DNA from: Podarcis vaucheri | Lineage: Eukaryota | Assembly (NCBI GenBank): GCA_965113315.1 | Contig: OZ220374.1 | Strand: one strand, 5' to 3' | Length of the DNA stretch: 64,000 bases | Part shown: one piece after another, positions 1-12,597 of the stretch | How positions within the stretch are numbered: position 1 is the first letter of the stretch | Layout of the letters: each line of letters opens with the position of its first letter | Notes under the pieces: model-generated | What the model was told of the DNA's origin: nothing | Databases searched by the model: none | What the model saw: the letters and a program-made list of their open reading frames with translations, nothing else | Made by a program: the position numbers and the translations under genes

Positions 1-2807
1 TTCTACTGGATCCCTAATAAATTTTTCAAGGATTGCCCAAAGTTTCAGCCACAGAAATTTTTTATTATACTGTTTTACACTCCTTGCTTCTCCTAACAGC
101 AGTAAGTTTCAAGGCAGCCCTTTTAGATGGTCAGTTTCCTTGTGAGGAGCCATTTAAAGTCCCCTTAATTATATACTATATTTATTCCAAGTAGTTTACA
201 ATGGGTTGAATCTTGACATATCTTTTTTCTGATTTGTTCTTTTTAGAATAATAATGAGCTATTGTCAACACTGTTATTTTTCTTAAACAATAATCACGCA
301 ATAAAACGAAAGAGAAAAACATGAGAATATAACAATCATAGGCAATTGGTAAACACATTAGTAACTGGCACTAGGAAGTGGGTTGGAAAGAAACTCCCAA
401 CTTCAAAGGAAAAGGGAACAAGTAGCATAGATAGGAGATCTCAAGACCAACACCTCCCCTGCAATCAAGCAGGCCCAGTGAATGTACCACTAAAGTAATT
501 ATTCCAGCTGGAATATGCTTGGTGCAGGAACAAAATGTGGGAGTCAATTCATGTAAAATTATCCATATATATATAGTTAAGACACAGACATGGCTTAATA
601 TTTAGGGCTGCTTTCTCACAGTCCAATTTTGGATGTGCACATTAGACTGAACATTTGTAAACTTAGATATGTAATGTATGAGTGAAGTAAGTATTTTTTT
701 GGTTGGGGGGAATCACATGCTTATGGCATGATCATATCTAGCTTGAGCGTAATCCAAGTTTGTGAAATGTTCTTGAGAGATGTGCCATTAAGTTCATATG
801 TTACATTAGTGCATAGTAAATACAGTGCACAACAAATATACCATCACTTATTAAAATATGTGTTATGATGGATTATTGCTTCTGTTCCTTGGGTTTACAC
901 AATAGTAGGGATAAAGGTACAAGGTAGTGATCCTTACCAGGGATTGGCTATCAAGATGTCTCTCTTTAAATATAGGGCTAGGGAACATAGATGCTATTGA
1001 ACTCTGCAACTCCAATCAGCCACGGTGAGGAACGATGAGAGCTGCAGCTTAGCAACATCTGGAGATTCCCCCACCTCTGCTTTAAACTGAGGACATGAAT
1101 CTAATTTTACTGTTGAGGGTATGTTTACAATTAGCCCAATTTATATTTCCAGAATCAGAAATAAAAAAAGCATGCATATTCGTGCCTGCATTAGAAAGCC
1201 ATGAGAAGCAAACTTCTTCTGTTGCTTTATTAGGTTCCCTCCTTTCTTTCTTTTTGTAACATGCTAACAGAATGTTACAGAAAAGGAGGGGAATGTGTCT
1301 TGCCATATTTCCCCCGTCAGTTTCTATTTCCCCTGAAAAGCCTCCCCGAAGACTGGCAACTTGCTAAAAGTTTAAGCTCTAGGACAGCACCCTATGAGGC
1401 ACAAGGGCTGCTGTCAGATGCAAACGATGCCCACCCCTCATGTACATAGAGGCCTCTCTGGGTCCCAGCCCAAGAAACAACTTTATACTGGGAAGAATTT
1501 TCAAAACTGCTGGCGGACATCCAGTGTAAAGTACTAAGAGTTTTCTGATAAAAAAACCACAATGAAATGCGTAGACATGTGTAGTCCTGCTTATAAAATT
1601 ATGCGCATATTTGTATTCCAAGGTAATTTAATGATGTAAATTAAAAAAGGGATCCAACTACAGTTCAACATGCAATCTAAACTGGAATAGCTTCATTAAC
1701 GTCAATACTGCAGCACACTGCAATTAGTCAGCGACCTATTTTCTATTAATATTTTTTTTCAAATTATAAATAGCCATCGTTGTTAGTGTTTAACTTCACT
1801 ACAAAGTAAAATGTTGTAGGAATAGTGGCAGCAATTTAGAATCAACTGTTGCATCATAAAGCTAATCAAGTTAATTGACTTCAATGTGATTTTGTAGTGC
1901 TCTGGAAGTGACAGACTGGAATTGCAGGCCTGCGTTCAGATATAAGCATTTATGAGAATTAAATTAATGTTATTTGGTGCATGATTGTATCTAGGAACTC
2001 TGGTCCATATGTCCATTATGCACATGGGAGCAGCGCTGTATACACGCACAGCTCCTGCCTCATATAAGCCTCCTTATCCAGTGCAATTACAGGTTATTCC
2101 AGGCACACATTTCTTTCTGTGTGAATAACTGCACTGAAAAGTTGGGGAAGTATGCATTAGCTAGGTACATGGGGATGCATTTGGTTGGTTACTGGAAAAC
2201 AGGGCTTATACAGATGGAATTTGACAGAAGTAATTATATAAAAGAATGAAGAACTTAAATTTGAGGGGGAAATACTCTAGCAAGGAGTACTCACTGGTTA
2301 TTTTATACCCAGCTATTTAATCTACACAACACTACAGGACAACAGGAAAAGGTTGATCTCCAGTGACAATATTTATTTCCAGCGAGGAGTTTCAAATTCA
2401 ATTGAAGACACAGTGTAAAATCAACAAAAGTAGATACGCAAATGTTTTCAGGAAAAGATACAAAATTTATTCCAATTCCATATAAATATTAATGTTTTTG
2501 AAAGTGTCTAGACAATCAATTCTAGCACAGGTGTACTTATTACTCCAGTTGCCCCTGTAAAGAAGGGGGAGTGGGGATGACAAATCATGAAACAGATGCC
2601 TGGTTGCTATAACACCCTCTGAATATAGTCAAATTATCCTAGCTGATGTCCAATATATATTCTGCTTTCTCCCATTAGTTACATGAGCTCTACAAACATA
2701 TTTGTATCTGAGTCATTTGACTAAAAATGAACTCCAGTGGAATGTAAATTACCAAATGTAAAAAAAAAAAAAATCTCTATCAAGATTTAAGCAAAAGACC
2801 AAGTCTA

Positions 2808-2933
<126 letters not shown>

Positions 2934-4526
2934 CTAACTTGTCAACATGAACCATAATTGTGTAGGCTTCTACTCTCCACATAGAAAACTCTGTGCTCAT
3001 TATAGAATGACACTCAAACAAAGGGGGCGGGATAGAACGGCAAGGTAATCATCAAACAAATATCAGTTTGAACAGTTCAGCCTCAGTGATGCTTATATTT
3101 ATAGTAGCACTCCTGGTGAGATGTTTATTTTTAGATTAATACCTGAACCATTTTATTGCACGTCCTGCTTAATTTACTCGTTAAGTGCAAGGTGCAGATA
3201 TAGTTAAGCAGTGTACATGGAGGTTAAATTACTCCATGAATGGAAGAGATTCTTCTGCTTGGCCATACCCAGTGAGTGGGTATGGTGGGTACCTTTCCCT
3301 TCACTTTTTTGGGTTCTGTTCTTTACCACCACTTCTCTTTTTGCCCCCCACTGCAATGGATGGAAGGGAATTAAGTACACCAGCTCCAAGGCTGGTTTCA
3401 CTGAGGGCTCATTTTGGGACCAGAAGGCTTAGGATTCTGCAAATCTTCTGCCACCCTTGACACACATAGCCAGCACTGCAGACGTTTCCAAGGGTGCACC
3501 ATGGGGTCTTCTGATGGCATATATGCTGTCACACTGGCAATCTCCCTCTTTAGCAGTGCATCAACATCTATGCCATATCCAAAGCCCCCACCCCAAGAAT
3601 GCTTTCTTGTTTTAATCCTGCAGCCTAAGTTTAAATAATTAATAAATAAACTACAGCACAGCACTTCTGCATACTGAAACAAATCCACTAGCTCCTCCTT
3701 TCTTATTTTATTTGTTGCATGTATATATCGCACATCAACCAAGTCCTCTGGGCTGCTTACAAACTGTTTAAAAAATCAAAATTCAAGAAAGAAAGAAAGA
3801 TCTGGAATGGTGTGATTAACATGTACAAAGCAAACTTTTCCACACTGCACATCATTTAAAAAATAAATTCATTCACGGAAACTGATAAAAACAAAGTAAC
3901 ACACTCAGCAGTATTAACATTACAAGTTCACAACATAAGATAAGAATAAAAAGCTCACAGGGAAAATGGATCCAGGCAACTGTCCAGTCAGAACTGGCAG
4001 AGGGGTGAATATTCACACGTGAGAGAGAAATGTTGCAACTACAGGCAACAACCAATTGACGCGCAAGCATCCATTGCATCAAACCTGGAAGCGACTTTTT
4101 AAATGGTGGAAACTGCCCTAAAACAGCCCAGAAAGGGCAAAAAAGGTACAAAAACAGTATCTAGCAATCCCACAAGCCTTTGCAAGTGCAATCCCAGGAG
4201 CCCTTGCACTGAACATTGAAGCCTGAGGAGTTGGAGTTTGAACAAGGAGGTTTGTAGGGAGTGACTGTGGTGGAGTTTGGTATCCAGTAAGTGCTGCTGA
4301 TTTTTTAATGGTTTTTCAATGGTTTCAAGAGGTTCCCAGCATGTTTGCAGGCTTTTCTAATGGTGTTTCATATATGTGTGATTTCATGTAACCACATGGT
4401 GCCTCATAATGTAATCCCCACGTAAATTGGGAGTTGTCTGTACAAAGGTTCAATTACTTTCCAACATCTAGAGGGCACCAGGTTGGTAGTACTTTGATCT
4501 AAAGAAAGAGCAAGTTGAGCCCTAGA

Positions 4527-4760
4527 GTGTAGTGGCAAGAGCAGGCATAGGAAAACTCGGCCTTCCAGATATTCTGGGACTACAACTCCCATCATCCCTA
4601 TGGGAGGATCAGGGATGGTGGGAATTGTAGTCTCAAAACATCAGAAGGGCCGAGTTTGCCTATGCCTGGGCTAGAGCGTTGAACCAGGATTTGGGAGACC
4701 AAGATTCAAACCTTCAATCAGCCACAAAACACATCAGATGACCTTGGGCCTCTCAGCCTG
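4527..4760 (+). mobile_element. MIR-like tRNA-derived SINE interrupted by the hAT MITE
   Basis: gtgtagtgg(ctagag)cgttgaaccagga..gggagacc..ttcaaa..cagccac...gatgaccttgggcc gives an A/B-box head plus core when the MITE is removed. Confidence 0.6.
4542..4668. mobile_element. Palindromic non-autonomous hAT (Charlie/MER5-like) MITE nested in a MIR-like SINE
   Basis: TIRs CAGGCATAGG..AAACTCGGCC / GGCCGAGTTT..CCTATGCCTG. 8-bp TSD ggcaagag / ggctagag (7/8 match). Internal ACTACAACTCCCATCATCCC hairpin. Confidence 0.85.
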
Positions 4761-6779
4761 GAGAGTGAAGAATTCCAGCCACAATTAACTGTCCAGCTAT
4801 GGTCTAAGGCAGCTGCATTACATGTCACTAAAACCAAAAGTCAGCTGGCCACCATTACCACCAAGCAAATAATCTGTTAAGAAAAAACTACTTCTGTCAG
4901 AATCCAGCTCCACATCAGAAAATGGGGGTGGGGGTGGAGAATTAGAGAACTCTAATTCACAGTAAGGAAAATACATCCAAGAGAAATGTTAAATGTCTTC
5001 TTCTCCCCAGATACTTCAAGATGTCATATTTTGCCCTGCTTAATGTATTTTTCAGTGCTAGTGAATAGCTTACCATTAAATATCAACAAACTGAATATCA
5101 CACTCAGATTTTCAGAGTGTGTATGTGTTTCTCCCTTCCATTTATTGAGGTAGGCTTTACATTAACTTATAGATGGAAATAAAAACACAGATTAGAGTTC
5201 CTGCATAATTGGAACGAAAGCAATTTTTTATAGAATTATTTTTATGACAGATTGAAATAACGGTTGCAAATTAAAAATATCCTGCCTGTCCCAAAGTGTG
5301 AGAAAATGATGAGGGTGAGCGGATGAAATCTTCTTCACTAATTGCCAAGATACTCCAGGGTTGTTAATTTAACTCCTTCATTTTCCATTTGGAAAAAAGA
5401 GAAAAAAAGGTCAGAGAGCACTCTGAGAAGATACCTGTTAGCTCTCCAAAAAGATATGATGTCAAAGTCCTCAAGTCAACTAATTCGTGACATTTGGGAC
5501 AAGCATCATTCTATATGCAAAAATGATTCTGTGCTCTTCTCTTTGCAAACATCCTAGGACATCTTCCCTCATGTCAGTGCATTCTATTGCTATCTAGATT
5601 TTGACATCTTGCAGAATACCTTTCAAAGCACTGTCTTGCAGAGCTGCTGAGGGAGGAACAGATCACTCTTGCCAGAAATCTTAATTGCTTGCTTCAGGTT
5701 TCTCCACTCCCATTCTTCCATCCATTTCGACTTCTTTCCTCCCAGTTTCCCCCTCCGCACACTCCATCTGACTATTGAGGCAGACAGAGACCTGCAGGTA
5801 TACCACCCTGTCCTATGAGTACTACAAACCTATGACAGGACTTTTCAATGGAAATGGCATGGACAGGACAACTGGGAATGCTTGGAGAGTGGGTATTTCC
5901 CCCTGAAGATGGAAAACATGTCAGTCCTGGGACATGTCAAGAGTGACATGAAGGAAGTCCAGCATAAAACTTAAAAGAAATAAAACCAACTCAAACAAAT
6001 GCTAGGGTGGGGAAAACGTAACCAATGCTTATTTCATGATGTCAAACAACAATGTGCTAAATTGCATTTGCAGGAAGTAGAATGAGATCTAAGTTAACAA
6101 AATAATGATAAACATACCACCGGTTTCTTAACTGAAGGCCTTTTGAACAAAGGCCCTCTTTCCAGGTGGGAAACATCTGCAGAGACATCTGCATTCCCGG
6201 ATAGTGCAAGGGTATTGGGCTTGCAGTTTTTTGTTTTAATTGTAGGATTTCTGTGAGCTGAAGCCCTGGTGAGGTTGAATAAAACAGAAGGCTGGGAAGG
6301 GGAAAATCCTTGGGGCACAAGGGCTGGAGCACAGGTTTTAAAAGAGCATAACAGGAGGGGCACTCTCAGTACTGACACTACATCATTGCCATCTCCATAG
6401 CAAAGCACTTACAGTAAGAAATTGTGGGAAGCCTCTCTAACCTGCTTCAGAATGGATGTGCCTCAGAATGAAATCATTTGCATTCAGCCCTGTTCCAAAG
6501 CAAGTCCCTGTTGCACAATCCATGGAGCAAGGAACCACTTGTATCTACATTCCCTCGAGATTCTTAAAGCTACATCTAAAGTTGCCTGATTTATTCAATG
6601 GTGGCTATCTAGTTTTTTTTATATATTGTTTGTGTTTGGATTGTTAATGTATTTGGAGGATTTTGTATGATTTTACTGTTTAAATGTATGACAATAAAGG
6701 CCAACAACAACAACTACTACATTCCCTATTCTCCTTGCGACAATGAAGGGATGCCCAGGTATAAACCTATGTCCTAATC

Positions 6780-7017
6780 CAGGGGTCAGCAACCTTTTTC
6801 AGCCATGGGCAAGTCCACCATGTGGTGGGCCAGACTATATTTTGAAAAAAATAATGAACAAATTCCTATGCCTCACAAATAACCCAGAGATGCTTTTAAA
6901 ATAAAAGCACACATTCTACTCATGTAAAAACACGCAGATTCCTGGACTGTCTGTGGGCCAGATTTAGAAGGTGATTGGGCTGCATCCAGCCCCCAGGCCT
7001 TCGGTTGCCTAACCCTG
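6780..7017. mobile_element. Non-autonomous hAT DNA transposon (238 bp)
   Basis: Ends CAGGGGTCAGCAACC ... GGTTGCCTAACCCTG. Perfect 8-bp TSD tcctaatc at 6772-6779 and 7018-7025. Confidence 0.9.
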
Positions 7018-7099
7018 TCCTAATCCAGCACAGATTCTGCCACCACAGGGAGGCAACTGCCAGAAAAAGGCAACCAAAACGATGAAGGAGAGGGAGAAA

Positions 7100-7310
7100 C
7101 TCCCATATATGGAAAGGTGGCAGCATTAGTTGAGGGAAAAGGTGAGTATAAGGTGACATGATTTAAGTTTATAAAATTGTGCATGGCATGGAGAAAGTGG
7201 AGTGACAAAAGTTTTTCTTCCTCACTCATAATGTGAGAATTCATGGGCACCCAAGGAAGTTGAATATTGGAAGATTCAGTACAGATAGTTCAACTATGGA
7301 ACCCATTCCC
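7100..7310 (+). mobile_element. Degenerate CR1 LINE ORF2 3' fragment
   Basis: ggtgacatgat..tttataaaattgtgcatggcatggagaaagtgga...catgggcaccca..gaagttgaat..ggaagattcag.acaga is a typical CR1 ORF2 C-terminal sequence. Confidence 0.7.
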
Positions 7311-7397
7311 ATGGAAGTTCTTGCTGGGGTTACTATAGGAGTCCAGTTCAAAACCAACGATTGGGGACATACTCAAAATCAAATAGGTATGTGTCTT

Positions 7398-7532
7398 TCA
7401 TAGAATCAAAGTTGGAAGGGACCATGAGGATAATCTAATCCAACCCTCTGCAATGCAGGAATATTTCACCCAATGTGAGGCCTAAACCCACAGCCCTGAG
7501 ATTGAGTCCCATGCTCTACTGACTGAGCTATC
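7398..7532 (-). mobile_element. tRNA-Lys-derived SINE with CR1-like tail
   Basis: Reverse complement reads TAGCTCAGTCAGTAGAGCATGGGACTC-AATCTCAGGG.. followed by the CR1-type tail GTCCCTTCCAAC..GATTCTATGA. Same family as 29667-29813. Confidence 0.8.
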
Positions 7533-7841
7533 AGTTCCCTTCAACCCCTGATGCATTCATTGAATGAAACTGATCAGAGATGTAAATAAGTGGCATGAGT
7601 TCAGAGATTTTTGTAGTAATAGTGTAAACAGAATGTTTTTTGGTAGGCTTTAGATTAGTTTCCTTCAGCTCATCAGCAGGTTCTCCAAAGCATGGATGGG
7701 GAATCTGCAGGTGTAAGACTACAATTCCCATAATTCCTTGTTATCAGCCATGCTGGTTTGAGGATGATGGGAGTTGTAGTTCAGCAACATCTGGTTGGTG
7801 TCATATTTCCCAGTGCTGAACTAAAAGCATAGATTTAAATA

Positions 7842-8075
7842 CAGTGGTACCTTGGGTTACATACACTTCAGGTTACATACGCTTCTGGTTACAGACTCCG
7901 CTAACCCAGAACTATTACCTCAGGTTAAGAACTTTGCTACAGGATGAGAATAGAAATCATGCTCCGGAGGCAGCAGGAGGCCCCATTAGCTAAAGTGGTG
8001 CTTCAGGTTAAGAACAGTTTCAGGTTAAGTACAGACCTCCGGAACGAATTAAGTACTTAACCTGAGGTACCACTG
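7842..8075. mobile_element. Tc1/mariner (Tigger/pogo-like) MITE
   Basis: TIR CAGTGGTACCT...AGGTACCACTG flanked by TA at both ends. Same family as 22537-22786 and 54248-54464. Confidence 0.9.
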
Positions 8076-9327
8076 TATAAAGCTAGCAGGTACAAACAAC
8101 AGCTTATTTGTTCTGCTTCAGTTTGAGAAAACAAATTGTACTGTTTACATTTTAACAATCTAGTTTGAAAGAGATACACGTGTTTGCAGCGGCAACACTA
8201 CTTTGAAAGAACAAATTGATACAATAAAAATAATGTCCATGTAATCTGCTAAATGGATTTAATTCTGACACATTACTGATGAGATCACTGCTGTCTGACA
8301 AATCATTCACAGATTTCATTAAAATAAAGAGCAATGGGGAAAGCATACACTAGTTGATTAATGAAAACACACACACACACAAATGACTGAGACAATTCAA
8401 CAGCACTTCCCCACCACTACCACAAACAGAGAAAGTACTAACATTAAAAATTAACAAACAGTGTCTGGGTCTCCTATCAGTGATGCCAAGGGCATGCAGT
8501 TTCCCTATAATAAGCAATATTGTTACATTTTAAAACTAAACTCCAGCATTCAGTCTGCCATCAAAGCACTTTAACGCTCAATGCAACAATTCCCACTCTA
8601 TAATCAAAACAGATGGCATTTTATGTTATACATATTTAACATTTTGTAAGTATATGTAAAAGAATGGCCCAACATAATCCTAGAATAAGGTAAGACATCA
8701 TTTAGAAAAGGTAAAGAAATAACAACATTGATTATATTCACAATAACCAAAAAGGATTTAATGGCTTGATTCTAAAATACCTAAGAGATTTCCTACATAT
8801 TTATATAGCCACCATTTTCAACAAGAAAATATTCATATTTTAATGATGAAAAGCCATCTTCTTAGCATATTTTATATATTTTATATTATATATATATATA
8901 TTATACACACACATATTTAAAAATCTGACAATGCCACCAAAGTGTCCTTCCTTCAAGATATGTTCCCTGCCTTGAATGCAACACAAAGAAGCATTTCCCA
9001 CATGGATCCGCGTTTACTGATTCCTCCAAATGCCAGAAATATGCAGTGAGGACGTAAACACTCGAAACAGGATGTTACAACCTGAGTGAGAATGGCTTGC
9101 CTTAGCAGAAGTTGTTTCCTACAGCAACCTCATGGCACTTCTAATATTTGTACAAGTTCTGACTGAAAGACAGAAGGATAACACTATAATGCTTGATTAG
9201 GCACCATCAAGTAACCTAGATCATGCTTCTCCAGAATGGTGCTTCTCCTGTGCTGTTAATAGCTAGGTGCCTTGGCATCATTTGCCAGGTGTGCCTTTCC
9301 CCATCAGTGTATCATTGTAAATAATAG

Positions 9328-9513
9328 AGGGAAGGGCTGTAAGCTCAGTCACAGATCATCTGCTTTTCGTGCAGAAGGTCTCAGGTTCAAGGTAGGGCTG
9401 CCCTCGCCTGGAACCCTGAAGAACTGCTGTCAGTCAGTGCAGACAATGCTGAGCTAAATGAACAAATGACCTGATATATAAGGCAACATAAGGAAACTTC
9501 CTATGTTCCTATA
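9328..9513 (+). mobile_element. Old tRNA-derived squamate SINE (tail ..ataaggcaacttcctatgttccta)
   Basis: Head ggaagggctgtaagctcag..gcagaaggtctcaggttcaa and body ctgctgtcagtcagtgcagacaatgctgagcta. A related copy lies at about 52870-53040. Confidence 0.6.
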
Positions 9514-9850
9514 GGTAAAGGTAAAGGGACCCCTGAGCATTAGGTCCAGTCACAGCCGACTCTGGGGTTGCAGCGCTCATCTCGCTTTATTGGCCAAGGA
9601 CAGCTTCCGGGTCATGTGGCCAGCATGACTAAGCCGCTTCTGGCAAACCAGAGCAGTGCACGGAAACGCCATTTACCTTCCCGCTGGAGTGGTACCTATT
9701 TATCTACTTGCACTTTGATGTGCTTCCAAACTGCTAGGTTGGCAGAAGCAGGGACCGAGCAACGGGAGCTCACCCTGTTGCGGGGATTCGAACCGCTGAC
9801 CTTCTGATCGGGAAGTCCTAGGCTCTGTGGTTTAACTCACAGCACCACCC
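9514..9850 (-). mobile_element. Sauria SINE, near full length
   Basis: Diagnostic AAAGTGCAAGTAGATAAATAGGTACC core and (ACCTTT)n tail on the minus strand. TSD atgttcctata at 9503-9513 and 9891-9901. Confidence 0.95.
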
Positions 9851-12347
9851 ATACAATTCCCATACAATTTTCCCATACAATTCCTATACAATGTTCCTAT
9901 ACAATTCCAGATGTTATTTTTTGCATGTTTAAAAGAATGTTAAAACATTTCAAAAATGAAATGGCAATTCTCTGGTTTCCACATTCACAAGACATGCCTG
10001 TGCAGGTGGCATGTTAACCAGGGAGAAATAACATATGGAGTAGAGGAACCGGGTCATATCACAGGCCACATTCTGGACTTTGACAAGTTGCCTTGGTTCT
10101 CTGTACAGAGCCGATGTATTATATTCTAAACAGCACAGTTCAAAATATTTCCTAGTTTATGTGACAGCTTAATGAAAATCCTGCCCTTCATTCTCTTGTC
10201 CTTGATCTATCTTAGACAGCTATTTCTCACTTTATTTTCCTTACTTTTTTTCCCTCACCACTAGATTTCCCACTCGCTACCTTCTACAAATGTCTCCCCA
10301 AACAACTGCCCAGTTAGGTTCTTGTCTCAGGTTGGCAATTTGTTACTATGGTAACTGGCTGGAGGTTCAAGACCCAGAAATCCACAACATGCATTTGCTT
10401 CACAAAAAGGACAGTAGGGGAATACAGGTTGCAAATGCATGCTTTGCAAACCAGGAAACCACTTATCCTGAGAAATGAGTCAGAAAAAAAGAAAAGATAA
10501 TTCTGCAGCTGAAAAGGAAAACAGCAGCAAGGAAATCAGACCCAACAATCCAATGTTTCTTACACACTTGAATACGTGTCTTACAAGTTCCGAGTCCATT
10601 TTGTAAATGTGACCTCAACTGCATTTCTCTGTGAAGGTGACCGTCCAACTCCTATGACGGAGAACCCTGGTTTGCATGGTATTCTTCTGTCTCTCTCACA
10701 TCCTGGCATTTATTTATTTTAATTTTTTCTATCCCACCTGTTTCTCAAAAGAGACTCAAGGTGGCTAACAGAAAGTTATAAAACCAATAGAATCCCTAAA
10801 AAAAAACCCCAACACACATTCAGAAAAAGATTTAATAATAGCCATCCTGCACAGCAAATTGCAGCAGTACAAAAGGAACATAAAACTGAGCCAAAAAAAT
10901 ACACAAAGATTTAGAAATCTAGGTGTTAAAAGTGAGAGCCGACACCTCCAAACTGTCAACCACCAAAGCACCATCTATGAATTAAGTAAAATTGATCTAG
11001 TGTTTACATGGGAGATAACTCTTGACAACTGCATTTTTTGGAAGAGTTGCAACTGGTGAGAGAGGTTGGGATAAAGTGGTATAATATGTGTCATTTATCT
11101 TTCCACTTAATTTAAACTAAGTAGATTTAAGCTAGCTTTTATCTAGAGTTCTCTTTGTTCAAAAGCACATTTATGTACCGAAAGAGATGCATGTATGTTG
11201 TTTATTAAGTGACATGACACTAAGGACACTTTGGGGTGAATATGCTATCAAAAGCATCCTGGAGCAAGAATACTGGAAAGGTGTTGTTCAACATGCACAC
11301 CATTGGGACAAAGGACTAGTATTTTTCCTTCCCATCATGTTTGTGTCCTATGCATTAAATAATGAAAGTTCTTGTAAATTACATGAAAGGAGTAAACTAT
11401 AATGTGTTAAATAGCAGGTTGCTGCTTCAATGACTGAATCAAGGAGGAAGGATTATGAATAGAAAAGCTTCTATTGAAACATAAGAGTCTTGGTAATCAG
11501 CAGTGATGAGTGCAACCACAGAAATAGAACACTGAATTTTAATGGAAATGTTGTAAAACCCATGCATTTCTAAGATTGATTAGGAACAGCAAAAGCGCAA
11601 AAACTCCAAGAACTACTATTTTAAATATATGTGGGCACTCAACAGTCATGATAGTAACAGATTTGATACGGTTTGAACTATGCATAGAGCTCAGCTCCAG
11701 AGAGGTTTTTGTCCTTAAAAAACAACAGCTTGAGAGATATGAACAAGTTAAACCTGCTTTTAATGGGCAATGCACTCTTAATGGACAACATATCCTTACA
11801 TTACTGTCACTTAATGCACTTAGAAATGTTCTCTTTCCAGCCGGTATTATCCAATCAAGGCTGTGGTGCTTTGTTAGCTAACTAAACACTTGGGAACTCT
11901 ATAGAGATCCAGACAGCAGGATGCTAAGACAGCTATTAAACAGCTGTAAATAAGAGAGATAAACTTAACTTGGGAGTCAATTTTAGCTCATAAAACATCA
12001 CACATTTTCATATAGCATTTATACTCAGGTACACCTAAAATCTATCACACTGCATGTGTAAGTAGCATGCATGTATGACATTGTAAAAAAGTTATAAACA
12101 GTTGATATTTACCAAAAAAATAAGGTTTTAGGAAGGCCTGTAGAGACAGCAATATCCAAATTGTATTCAATATGGAAGTTAATTTTTTGACACAGGAGGA
12201 TATTTGGACATTTTATTTATTTATTTAACAACATTTATTACCGCTTACTAGAATTTACTCTAAATGGTTTATAATAAACAGTCTAAAACAGACATTAAAA
12301 ATACCAATAAGAAGTTAGAAGGGGGGGGGAGTAAAATAAAAGAAGTA

Positions 12348-12597
12348 CAGTTGTACCTCAGCTCCCAAACGCATTGAGAGTCAAACGTTCCGACTCCCGA
12401 ATGATCGAAAACTGGAAGTGAGCGTTCCAGTTTTTGAACTTTTTTTAGAAGCCGAATGTCCGGCACGGCTTCCGCTATTGTTTCCGGTGTGCCTGCACAA
12501 TTAGTAACCAATGGGAAGCCGCGCCTTGGTTTCTGAATGTTTCGGAAGTCAAATGGACATCTGGAATGGATTCCATTCGACTTCCAAGGTACAACTG
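12348..12597. mobile_element. Tc1/mariner MITE (second family) nested in an older LINE 3' tail (about 12210-12740, minus)
   Basis: TIR CAGTTGTACCT...AGGTACAACTG with TA duplications and a CpG-rich interior. Confidence 0.85.
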
